Below, in pieces: positions 12,130 to 23,468 of a stretch of 64,000 bases of DNA. Both the position numbers and the translations under genes were made by a program. Location: the NCBI RefSeq assembly GCF_006345805.1, contig NC_043016.1, forward strand, positions 21,762,001-21,826,000. Direction: 5' to 3'. The DNA comes from Octopus sinensis (Eukaryota). The notes under the pieces were generated by a model that saw only the letters and a list, made by a program, of their open reading frames with translations, did not search any database and was not told where the DNA came from. How positions within the stretch are numbered: the stretch's first letter is position 1; each line of letters starts with the position of its first letter.

Positions 12130-12135
<6 letters not shown>
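7733..12135. repeat. ~543-bp tandem array with internal inversion, HHR-bearing (retrozyme-like / PLE-derived)
   Basis: Repeated ORF starts at 9402, 9945, 11029 and 11569 give a 540-543 bp period. 7733-8495 is inverted relative to 8496-12135; both outer ends abut (TA)n. Confidence 0.95.
10170..10221 (+). ncRNA. Hammerhead-like motif of the tandem unit (also at ~8546, 9084, 9627, 10712, 11253, 11794 on +; 7923-7974 on -)
   Basis: TGAG-CTGATGA-TAGAAGT...ACTAATCTT-GAAAC-GTAC-GT-T-CTCA: stem I TGAG/CTCA, full core, palindromic stem III, GUU triplet. Stem II is closed by a U-U mismatch instead of G-C; the 9084 copy lacks one core A. Confidence 0.6.
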
Positions 12136-12187
<52 letters not shown>

Positions 12188-12602
12188 TATGTGGGCACAG
12201 GACGTCATGAAATGTAAGCAACAAGGAAATAGAAGCACGAGTACATGGAACACGAACTATTCTTTTGAACAATGAAAGACATAAAGGGAAAACAAAGGAA
12301 AAACGACCCTTCATCAGTTGTTGGCTGTTGCTTTTTCTTACCAAACCTTTTTTTGTTTTCATTCCTTGACCACAGACTTTTCTTTGTGTCATTAATGAAC
12401 TTTTCTTTTGGGGTATGTCACTTTATCCCCTCCAGAGTTATTAATCCAGTTGAAAAGTCCACACACACTCTTAGTTTATTACATTTTTTTTTTAGATAAA
12501 CCATTGGAGATGCCCAGTCTGAATAGTCGACTTTTTCATTGACAGAGTCTGTTATGATTCCTCAATCCATTGGGATCTGATTCCTTTTTGTGCTGATCTC
12601 TT

Positions 12603-12688
12603 ACCCTGATGAAATGTTCAATTTACTATATTCGAAATGCATCTATAATTTAATTATTTGTAATTTGATTTAATTGAATATAGAAACA
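12603..12688 (+). ncRNA. Type-I hammerhead-like motif
   Basis: ACC-CTGATGA-A-ATGTTCAATT...AATTGAATAT-A-GAAAC-AATT-GTA-GGT: 10-bp stem II with an A-A closing mismatch, 3-bp stem I. Confidence 0.5.
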
Positions 12689-13020
12689 ATTGTAGGTTAT
12701 AAGAAATCGATATTGTTCAAAACTGGAGTTATATTGATATATTGATGTCTATCTGTTGATTTCTCCATTTTCTTTATCTTATACATAAATAATAATAACT
12801 CATTTGCATTGATGAGAAGCTAACATCCCTTTAAGAGATATATATCCGCATAATAAGTTATATATATATATACTTATATCCATGATGGCTTCTGTTAGTT
12901 ACAGCTATCAAATCCATTCAAAAGGCACAAGTTGAAAATGCACTGGTTTATTTTTAAAGGCTTAACTGGTTGCACAGATGTTTTAGATTTTCAAAATTTA
13001 AGTGAGATAGAAAGATATGG

Positions 13021-13400
13021 GGCTATGCTGCAACTGTCTTGTTTCTGATTGGATTTCGAAAATTCTCTTGTTTTATAGAGAGAACATGGATCAAATGTAC
13101 ATGATTTACATTTGATGGATATTTGTTCTCATCTTGTTTGTTGTTAACACAACATTTTGGTTGATATATCCTCCAGCCTTCATCAGGTGTCTTGGGGAAA
13201 TTTCGAACCTGGGTTCTCATTCCTAAGGTATTTTTCGATGTTATTATTACTATTATTGTTGTTGTTGTTGTTGCTGTTGTTATTATTATTATTCAGGTCA
13301 CTACCTGGAATTGAACTTGAAAACTTGGGGTTAGTAGCCCGTGCTCTTAACCACTATGACATATGCCTGGGCATATGGCATAGTGGTTAAGAGCGCGGGC
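13021..13400 (-). mobile_element. tRNA-headed SINE-like element with (AAT/AAC)n spacer and decayed HHR-like 3' part
   Basis: Minus-strand head GGCATATGTCATAGTGGTTAAGAGCACGGGCTACTAACCCC...GTTCAATTCCAGG (A and B boxes); inverted partial head at 13369-13400; ACAC-CTGATGA-AGGCTG...CAACC-AAAA-TGTT-GTGT at 13147-13190. Confidence 0.6.
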
Positions 13401-14239
13401 AGAGTCCAAGAAATCAAAGCTTTTTTTAATTTAGCACATGTAGTGGCTGAATGGATATGGTTTGTATGTAGGCATAAAATTTTGCTCTATACAAAATTTA
13501 TGCTTTATTGTCATGCGAGAAGTCATGATTGTGCCTAAAGTTAAGGTTTGTTGGCTGAGTAAAATGGTAGAATGTGTTTGTATGTGAGTAGTTGTTGGTA
13601 AATGTAGTTTATTCAGTAGTGGTTTGTATTTTTGTATGAATATATTTTCTTTGTTTTGAACAAAGTGGAAAGACCTGGAATATGGGGGACTCTTTTTTTT
13701 GCAAGACATATGTCTATATACCCACTCAGTGGGGTCTGTTTAGTACTGGGAACCTCATATTTCTGAGAGTGAGTTTTGTTTGACCTATGTAATCCTTGTT
13801 ACAACCTTTATATTTAATAGCAGATATTAAATTTTTTGATGAACAGGTAAACTAATTTTTCATGGTAAAAATTTGTCTTGATTTAAGTTTGTATGTTTTG
13901 TTGCCATCATTGCCCCAGATATTTGTTTGTAAATATTGCCATTAAAGTCAAAAATGTTGTTTCCAAGGATGAATTTTAATACTTCAGTGATGAAACGTTT
14001 TTCAGTTCTTCTGGGATTATATGAGGAATTTATATATATATATATATATATATGTATGACTAATACTAGCTCTATGTTACTTATCTATGTATTTTTATTT
14101 TTCATTACTTTTGCACCATATATTCATATATATGTGTAATATGAGTGTGTGTATATGTGATTATGTATGTATATACATACACACACACACATATATATAT
14201 ATATATGTTAATTGTTAACAAGGGAAAAATACACTCATC

Positions 14240-14288
<49 letters not shown>

Positions 14289-14473
14289 ACACTCATGCAC
14301 ACACATTTATATATGTATATATGTGTATGTATGTATCTATATACATATGAATATGTTTGTATGTATATCTATTTGTTTAGTTGTTTGTCTGTCTATCTGT
14401 CTGTCAGGCTATCTATCTATCTACATATCTATCTATATACATACACATACGCGTGCGCACACACACACACACA

Positions 14474-14510
<37 letters not shown>

Positions 14511-14511
14511 C

Positions 14512-14700
14512 ATCATCATCATCATTTAACGTCTGTTTTCCTTGCTGGCATGGGTTGGTTGGTTTGACAGGAGCTAACCAGTTGAAAGGCTGTTCAGGCT
14601 CCTTGTCTGTTTTGATATGGTTTCTGCAGCTGGATGCACTTCTTAATGCCAACCACTTTACAGAGTGTTCTGGGTGCTTTTACGCAGCACTGGCGCAGTT
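14512..14700 (-). mobile_element. RTE-tail repeat fragment
   Basis: (CAT)n-TTAACGTC...CAGCTGGATGCACTTCTTAATGCCAACCAC. Confidence 0.7.
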
Positions 14701-14832
14701 GCTTTTACATGACACCAGCACCTCTAGAAAGAGCCAGAAGTGGTTGTTGGAAAATTTCTATGATTTCACCAGCCCCAATTTCTGGTTTCCTTATTCCTCC
14801 AATTGTAATTGCATGGATTACTATGTGTGAGA
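14700..14832 (+). mobile_element. maT/DD37D transposase fragment, opposite orientation to the adjacent copy
   Basis: TSRKSQKWLLENFYDFTSPNFWFPYSSNCNCMDYYV matches the minus-strand copy at 15150-15260. Confidence 0.75.
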
Positions 14833-14850
14833 TCCCTATATATATATCTG

Positions 14851-16145
14851 CAGAATGTTCAGTATAAATTTGACATGTTGCACAAAAAGGAAAAGAAGAC
14901 ACAATATACTATCCCAAAATAAAAGTAATTTGAAAAAGCAAAAGCATCAATTAGATTATGGCTGGGAGATAAGAGTTTGCTCAAAGTAGTTACCCTCAGA
15001 TTCAACCATGGTCTCAAGATGGCTCCGGAACCTTGCACATGCAGTCCTCACTGTGTCTCTGGGAACATCTTCAAACACCTCCTTGATTTTGGCCACCAGT
15101 TTGGCCTTGGTGTTGCAGTCAGAGCAGTTAATGCTTTTCTCCACTGCATCTCGCACATATTAAACCATACAATTACAATTGGGGGAATCGGGAGACCAGA
15201 AATTGGTGCTGGTGAAGTCATAGAAATTCTCTGACAACCATTTCTGACTCTTTCTAGAAGGGCAAAGAGTCTAACTCTGCTGCCATACATATGACCCTCC
15301 AGTAGCAACCCACTTCAGCCAGGGTTTGACCATAGTCTCCAGCAAATCATACCCTGGCTGGAGAGGGTTGCTATCTGAATTGAGCTTAAGGTACTTTTCA
15401 AAAATGTGAAGATGGCAGGATGTCACTTTCATTGGAGACACATCCAAAGATACCCGTAGTTTGGGGGAACTTGGTTTTCATGATACACAGGACATCACAT
15501 GGATTGTAGGCAAATCATCTGTTGTTCTGAGTGTTGTGCAAGTAGCATAAATTCTTTTCATCTGAGGAAGACTAGATCATCCCCAGCTCAACAAGATACT
15601 TCAGCTTGTTCAGAAGCCTTTTCAAGTAGTTCTCTTTGGTCTTGGCTGTTAGAATTTATCTCTTGAGCTTATTGTATGAGTTGTAGCAAAGGGATTCATT
15701 CAGGGCCAGCTTCATAGAGGTGATTCTAACATCAATTTCTCTTATCAAAGCATGGATTCCCTTGTCCAGATCTTCCATCATCTTATCCTGCAGTTGTTGG
15801 ATGAATTTCAAAGTGTGGATGCAGTTAGAATGCCTACTGTATCCTTTCCTCTGGTCATAGCTTTGAAGTCACTGTTGTCCATGACATGTCTTACAGCCTC
15901 TACAGTGTTTGCAGAGCACTGAGCAGTAGCCAAAATGTCGACATTTTGATACCTGGTCTAAATCATCATAACACAGGTAACACTTTTCCAATATTGAAAT
16001 GGCTTCCAGTCCTCCATGTAACATAACTTTTTCTTGACTACATCTTTAGGCTCTCCAATGCTGTTAACAGTTGACCAATACTCAAGCTGTTCCTGAAAAA
16101 AGGAAGCATAAAAAAGAATCATCAAATTTAGCACAAACTACCCTG
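14851..16145 (-). mobile_element. Full-length degenerate maT/DD37D-type Tc1-mariner element
   Basis: ~1.3 kb; degenerate TIRs share TAAATTTGA. Broken frames read SDEKN..HNTQNNR, MKTKFPQT..FGCVSNE, VKPWL..VA..YVWQQS, KWLSENFYDFTSTNFWSPDSPNCN and KAKLVAKIKEVFEDVPRDTVRTACARFRSHLE. Confidence 0.85.
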
Positions 16146-16284
16146 TATACGTATATGTATCATAATTTATATGCATCATAATTTTGAAATATCTATAAAA
16201 CCATCAAAAGCTTGTTTATTTTTATGTTTTTTGATTTATTATTAGTGTTGCTTAATATGTTTTGCTGAAATTGCTGTTTCTTTT

Positions 16285-16977
16285 CAGATATCATCAGAAA
16301 AAGGTAATTAAATCACAGATCTAACGGACTTTCAAAGACATTAAATTGTTGGTGTTTTTTGGCAGGTGCTAGCATAATGAAAACAGCTGAAATGTTTGGT
16401 GTATCAAGAAATACTGTCTTGAAAGTAATGTCAGCCTTTGAGAAAGAAGGAAAAACCTCCCCGTCAAAACAAAACTCCGGAAGAAAACCAAAACTTTCAG
16501 ATAGAGACCGTCGGACTCTTACATGAATTGTTAGAAAGGATCACAAAAGTACAACTCTCAAAATTACTGCAGAGCTTAATGACCCCCTTGAGAACCCAGA
16601 AGGAAACACAATCTTTCAAGATGATAATGCACCAATTCACACAGCTAAAGTTGTTACTAAATGGCACGAGGAACATTCTAGTGAAGTTGAACATTTTATC
16701 TGGCCACCACAGTCCCCAGATCTAAATATTATTGAACATTTATGGTGCATTTTAGAAAAGCAAGTAAGGAGTTGATATCCTCCCCATCATCACTACAAGA
16801 ACTGGAGACTATTTTAGGTGAAGAATGGACAAAAATTCTTTTAAAAACAATTCAAACTTTGTCCATAACTTGTAGAATTCAAGCTGTGATTACTGCCAAA
16901 GGTGGTACCACTCCCTATTAAAAGAAACTTGTTTAAAATTTTAAGGTGTTTCCATTATTTTGTCCAACCCCTGTATA
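16285..16977 (+). mobile_element. Internally deleted Tc1-like (DD34E) element
   Basis: IFQDDNAPIHTAKVVTKWHEEHSSEVEHFIWPPQSPDLNIIEHLW; 3' TIR GTTTCCATTATTTTGTCCAACCCCTG followed by TA. Confidence 0.85.
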
Positions 16978-16989
16978 TAACTTTACAAA

Positions 16990-17464
16990 TAAATGCATGA
17001 AAGTTTGATATACTATAAAGGATATAATGGAAATTAATATGCACAAGTCAAATTTTTTAACACCACTATATCACATGAAAAATGACATAGCTAAAATGGC
17101 AGCCATTTTCGCCTTTGCACGCCTGTGCTCTTTCCAAAACTTGCACCATAACACCCTCAAGAGTTTCAGACCCTACTTTTCTGATTTCTCTATTGATATT
17201 CTCCTTCAGTTGCACCAACGTTTGTGATTTGTTGAAGTAAATCCTCTTTTTCAGGTATTCCCACAAGAAAAATTCCAGGCTAGTCAATTTTGGTGAACGC
17301 GAAGGCCAGTTGACATTGCCGTAGCGGGAGATATTCTCTCTCCAAAGCACTTCTGTAGCAACTGCATTGTTTCTCTTGCAGTTTGAGCAGCTGCCCCATA
17401 TTGATGGAACCATGTGTGAGGTCTACTTTGAATGACTGGGTGCAAAAAGGTAAGGTCTCCATCA

Positions 17465-17465
<1 letters not shown>
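16990..17465 (-). mobile_element. IS630-Tc1-mariner transposase C-terminal fragment
   Basis: [20 protein letters not shown]; [38 protein letters not shown]. Confidence 0.75.
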
Positions 17466-17970
<505 letters not shown>

Positions 17971-18131
17971 ATGAGCTTCTTTTCAGTTTCCATCTACCAA
18001 ATCCACTCACAAGGCTTTGGTCAGCTGAGGTTATAGTAGAAGACACTTGTCCAAGTTGCCACGCTGTGGGACTGAACCTGGAGCCATGTGGTTGGAATGT
18101 AAGCTTCTTACCACACACGCACACATGCATA

Positions 18132-18998
18132 TGAGGTCTGATCAATAAGTATCTGGACTGTTGCCATAGTAACGAAGCTAAAGCATGCAGAGTGAAGCTG
18201 CTTGACAAAAATTTACCTTGAACTCTGTTGTGCATGCTCACTATATTTTAACATTCTAACTCACTTCTGCTGCTTACAGCAGTGCTTAGCAAGGTGTGTA
18301 GCATGTGACCATCACGTTGACCATGACAGACAAAGTTGTCATGTCAATACCTGCTCAGAGGCCTAGACAAAGTTGCAGAAAGTGTATGGAGAAGAGTGTA
18401 TGAGTTGCACACAAGTGTACGAGTGTTTCAGACATTCTTAAGATGGTTGAAAAATGTCAATATTGACAAATGTTTTGGGAGACTTGCATCCACCAGAACT
18501 GAGAAAAACATCGCAGATGTGCGTGCAGATCTGAGGGGAAATCGTCAAATCACCATCTGGGAGTTATCAGATGATGTGTTGAACAGTTCAATCTATTATC
18601 ACTGAAGATTTGGTCATGAGATGCGTATCTGCCAAGTTTGTGCCAAAATTGCTTTCAGTTGACCAAGAAGACACTTGGGTTTCAATTGCACAAGATATCC
18701 TTGATTGTGTCAAGAATGATGAAAAAATTTTTGAAAACTGAGCAGGTATCACTAAGCTTTTGGCAAAATTTGATGCAGATTCTCTGCTCAACTTTGTCTG
18801 TCATGGTCAATGCCACGATCACATGCTACACATCTTTCTTCCAAGCACTGCTGTAAACAGCAGAAGTGAGCTAGATTGTTAAAACTTAGTGCATATGCAC
18901 AACTGAGTTGAAAGTCAATCAGTGTCAAATGGCTTTATTCTGTGTACTTTAGCTTCGTTACTATGGCAACAGACTGGATACTTATTGATCACACCACA
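18132..18998 (+). mobile_element. Non-autonomous mariner derivative with both ends made of the 5' terminus
   Basis: TIR TGAGGTCTGATCAATAAGTATCTGGACTGTTGCCATAG at both ends. About 18790-18998 mirrors 18132-18335 (through ATGACAGACAAAGTTG); HTH-coding remnant between. Confidence 0.8.
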
Positions 18999-19209
18999 CA
19001 CACTCACACACAAATATATATATATAGATTCAAATGAATATGGTACTTAAGTTGAGGCACCAGAATTTAGTATGGTATTATCCTTACAATTTCAAAATAA
19101 GGTGATTAAAATCAAAATAAGCAACTAGGATATCCAGAGGTAATGCAGTACAATCGTTTCATGCGACTCCATTTAATTTTGAGTATATATATATATATAA
19201 TATATATAA

Positions 19210-19340
19210 TCCAAATAATAAGACAAAAAATTCTTTAACACATCTTTAATGATTTGTTACAATTGTTTCTATACCAACAAATCATTCAATGAATCATTCA
19301 AGGCGTGTTAAAGAATTTCTTTGTCTTCTTTTTATTTGGA
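19210..19340. repeat. Small fold-back (32-bp arms) around a decayed GAAAC-AATT-GTA motif
   Basis: TCCAAATAATAAGACAAAAAATTCTTTAACAC / GTGTTAAAGAATTTCTTTGTCTTCTTTTTATTTGGA. Confidence 0.55.
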
Positions 19341-19849
19341 GTATCATTTACTCTTCACCAAATCCATACAATGGTGTTACTGTCATGAAATCAGGATTTT
19401 CTACACTTGAAGAATTTCAGCATTAGTCTGGAATCTGACAGTGTTGATAACCCAGAATTCAGGTAGAATACTTGTCTGGAAGTACCTTATCTTTATACCT
19501 TACCATGACCTAAGTGTGTGTGTGTATTATTCTGCTTAGACTTAGCGATACTAATATCCTGGTATTAGAACTCAATAGACATTTGCTTCAGATAAAAGCT
19601 TCAGAGTACAGATCAGTAATAAGAAATTGAATAAATGACTAGAGAATAAGAAATTATGTCATGGATTTCATTAGCTTACTGTGGTTTCTGTTTTAAGATG
19701 CAACACACACATAGTTGAGAGCTTGAGTTTCACCCCATAGCTTCACCGGAGCTTCAAATATAAAGTGCAATTTTATTTGAGAAAGCATTTACATATTATC
19801 AATATAAATGCTTTTCCAAAAAGCTTTAGACTCAACCTGGTATATATTC

Positions 19850-20709
19850 CAGGTGCGGTGAATAAATTGTTGTCTAAATTACACAAAAATGAAAATAACA
19901 TTGACATCTCATCTTAACAGATATATGTACCAAAATTATATAAAAATATCTTGAAATACTAAAGAGTATTCAATAAAATTGGCATTGGCTTCAACCACAA
20001 CCTCCAGACGACTTCAGAATTTCCTGCAACTCTTCTGGTTGGTCTTGGTCTTGTTTAAGTTGATGAATACTGCCATAATACTTACCTTCAGTTCTTTGGT
20101 GTTACAAGGAGTTTCGATGGTCTCTCAGTTAACTGCACCCCGCACATAATAATCAAGAGGGTTGCAGTCTGGGCAGTTAGGTGGCCAGACGTTAGGGATG
20201 ATGTGGTCACAGAAATTGTCTATGATTGGGTTCTCCCTGCTTGTGTGGTATGGTGCAGAGTCCTGTTGCTAGACATAAGGTCTTCCAGTACCACTCTCTT
20301 GACCCAGAGCAACACTACCTCCTCCAGGCACTTGATGTAGGCCTCTGCATTAAGTCTGAGGCCATGTAGAAAGATCAATGGCAGCATAACGTTGCCATCA
20401 CTAGTGATCAGTCTAAACACCATGATGTTGAGTGGATGTTTGATTTTTATCATTCTCAGTGCATGTCCTCAGCTTGATGCCAGACACTCTAAAAGGTTCA
20501 CTTGGAGCTTCTGGTGTGAATACCAAGCAGTACAGCATGTTTCCAAATTTCTGACTGAGTGAAATGCGTTGTGGTGCTGTTCTTTTTCACAGATGATGCC
20601 CAACTGACCTACTATACTGTGTAGTCAACAAAATCAAAATCAAAAAACTTTGCACATCCTCAAAATTAAAAATATTAAATGGCAACAATTTACTCTCCCC
20701 CCCCCCCTG
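19850..20709 (-). mobile_element. Internally deleted maT/DD37D-type element, second family
   Basis: Degenerate TIRs share AAATTGTTG; IKIKHPLNIMVFRLITSDGNVMLPLIFLHGLRLNAEAYIKCLEEVVLLWVKRV. Confidence 0.75.
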
Positions 20710-20719
20710 TGTATATATA

Positions 20720-22090
20720 TAGGTGTGTGAGGAATTGAAGAAGACGAGGGTGGATGTATGCTATGTGCAGGAGGCTGGGTGGAGGGGCCAGGATGCAAGA
20801 TTTGTGGGGTCAAGAGAAGAAGGTACAAGTTGTGGTGGTTGGGAAATGGCAAGAGGACTGGAGGTGTGGGAGTTTTGGTGAAGGAAGAAATTTGTGAGAA
20901 GGTGGTGGAGGTCAGGAGAAAGAGTGACAGAATGATGACAGAAGTATTAGCATTTGTGGAAGAAGTGGTGAGAGTGATTTGTGGGTATGGTCTGCAAAGT
21001 GGAAGAGGGATCATTGAGAAAGAGTGGTTCTTTGATGAAATGACGAGTGGGACTTACATAAGATAGATGAATTGGTTTTGGGCATGGGTGATTTTAATGG
21101 ACATGTTGGGAAATGGGTGTGCATGGGGGAAATGGAATTGGGAAGAGAAATTTGGAAGGAAGAATGCTATTGGAGTTTTATGATGTGATGGAGTTGTGTG
21201 TGGTGAACACATGGTTTAGGAAAACAGAGAAAAGTAAGGTGACTTTCAGTACAGGAGGGAATGAGACAGAGATTGATTTCATGTTGGTGGGCAGGAAAAA
21301 CAGAAAATATCTGAGAGATGTGAAGACAATACCAGGAGAGTTGCAGTACGGGTTGGTGATTGCTGACTTGGATAAGAAGGAAGTAAAAAAGTGTGTGAGA
21401 AAGGGAATGGTTGAGAGGTGAAAGATGTGGAAACTGAAGGAAGATTAAACAAGAGCAAGGTTTGAGGAGAGAGTTGAGGAGTTGGTAAGCATTGATGCAC
21501 TGGATTTGTGGAAGTCTTTTAAGGAAGAGGTACTAAAGGCATGTGACAAAGTGTGTGGAAGGATGAAAGATAGGAGAGATCGAGGAGATATGTGGTGGTG
21601 GAACAAGGAGGTGAGGGATGTGATAGCAAGAAAGAAGGGGGCGCACAAAGCTTTATATAATAATAGGACAGAGCAAATGAAAGAAAGGTATAATAACAAA
21701 GAATTGTGCAAAGAGGGTGGTTGCAAGGTTAATAAAGAAGGAGACTGAGGAGAAGTTGAATGGACTGGATGAGAACCCAGATAGAGTGTTTAGGTTTAAA
21801 TCAATGAAAAAAGATGGAAGAAATGTTGAAGGTGGAAGACGTATGAGAGGGAGTGATGGAAGGTTGAATTTTAGTGAGAAGGATAGGGGAAGAGTTTAGA
21901 AAGAGCATATGGAGGAAATTATGAATGAGGAGAATGAATAGAATCAGAGGGTGGAAGCTGTGGTGGTGAAGGGGCCAGTGGAGAGGGTTAGTTGGGAAGA
22001 GGTAGTGGAGGCAATGAAGGAAATGAAAACAGGAAAGGCGCTGGTCCATCAGAAGTAAGTGTGCAGATGATAACTGCAAGTGGAGAGATG
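20720..22090 (+). mobile_element. RTE-type LINE fragment (APE endonuclease, linker, RT start)
   Basis: YKLWWLGNGKRTGGVGVLVKEEICEKVVEVRRKSDR; VHGGNGIGKRNLEGRMLLEF...NTWFRK...EIDFMLV; WWWNKEV. Confidence 0.85.
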
Positions 22091-22539
22091 GGATTGTTGT
22101 ATTGGATAATTTTTCATTCCTTTAAGAATATTGTAGAATGGAAACTTTTCATAGATTGGGACTTATTTCCTAATTGCTATAGAAATTTATTGTTTCAAGA
22201 AAAAATTGAATTTGAATTACTTTTAATTTTTATGATTATGGATAACAACTCAGACTGTAACTTCTGAGTCCGAGTCTGGCACATGTGAACGATGTTGAAA
22301 GAATGTCTGCTATGAATGATATTTTTTGACATAGGGCACCTCTAAGATGACCATCAGATGCTGAACGAAAATAAATAGACTGCAACCAGGCTCAATAAAA
22401 TGAGCCCAACTTATTGACTGAAATTACATACTTGAAGTCAGTGTTGGCAGAAATTAAATCAGCTTGAAAATACATGTTCACTTTACTAAATTTATGCTCG
22501 GGCCAAGCCCGAACAGCCTGAGAGCTGGAGTTGCCACTG

Positions 22540-22570
<31 letters not shown>

Positions 22571-22799
22571 TTCAAATTTTATCTTTGGTGAGTTAACTTG
22601 GGAATTCTTAGTGACAATGTAACCTTCATATAATTAGGTATCTTTGGTTTGATGAGACACTAGCTGAGTATCCCTCATTGAGTAATTTTTACATCAGAGG
22701 ATCTGCCGGCTAGGAAACACATCTAGCCTGGAATTTACTTCTTCCACTCCCTCAGTTTGGATCTCCAATGCTCCCTCCACTCTCAAAAATATTTTTTTG

Positions 22800-23118
22800 T
22801 TTTGCAAGGTACTTGGTGACCCTGACAGTGCAGGTGCCACTTAAAAAGCATTTAGTGCACACTGTAAAGTGGTTGGCATTTGGAAGGGCATGCAGCTGTA
22901 AAACCTTTCCAAAACTGACTTTGCCTGTGCTTATGCCACATAAAAAGCACTAAGTCCAATCTGCTGAGTGGTTGGTGTTTGGAAGAGCATCCAGTTGTAA
23001 AATTCCTGCCAAAACAATCACAGAAGTCTGGTGCAGGCTTCGGCTTGGCTGGCTCTCAAACCATTCCACTCATGCCAGCATGGTAGGCAGACATTAAACA
23101 ATGATGATGATGATGATG
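22800..23118 (+). mobile_element. RTE-tail repeat with (GAT)n
   Basis: GGTTGGCATTTGGAAGGGCATGCAGCTGTAAAACC (duplicated)...CATGCCAGCATGG..ATTAAACAATGATGATG. Confidence 0.7.
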
Positions 23119-23124
23119 GTATAT

Positions 23125-23468
23125 ACATATGTACTTTTTTAAGCCTGGTACTTATTCTGTTGGTCTCTTTTACTGAACCACTTAGTTAGGAGGACATAAA
23201 TGCACAAACACCAGTTGTCAAGCAGCGATGAGGAACAAACACAGACACAAAAACACACACACATATGTATGTATACGTACATATATAAATATATATGTAT
23301 ATATACATACATATATGATAGGCTTCTTTCAGTTTTCATCTACCAAATTCACTCACAAGGTTTTGATCAGCTTTGTCAGAGGACACTTTCCCAAAGTACC
23401 ATGCAGTGGGACTGAACCTGGAGCCATGTGGTTGGGAAGCAAGCTTCTTACCACGCAGCTATGCCTGC
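23125..23468 (-). mobile_element. tRNA-derived SINE, family 1
   Basis: Same head and body as 17805-18120, including the internal microsatellite. Confidence 0.75.

Noticed and set aside
7733-12135. CRISPR-like or rDNA/snRNA array interpretation
   Set aside because: Units are identical along their full length with no unique spacers, and I see no rRNA, 5S, histone or snRNA similarity.
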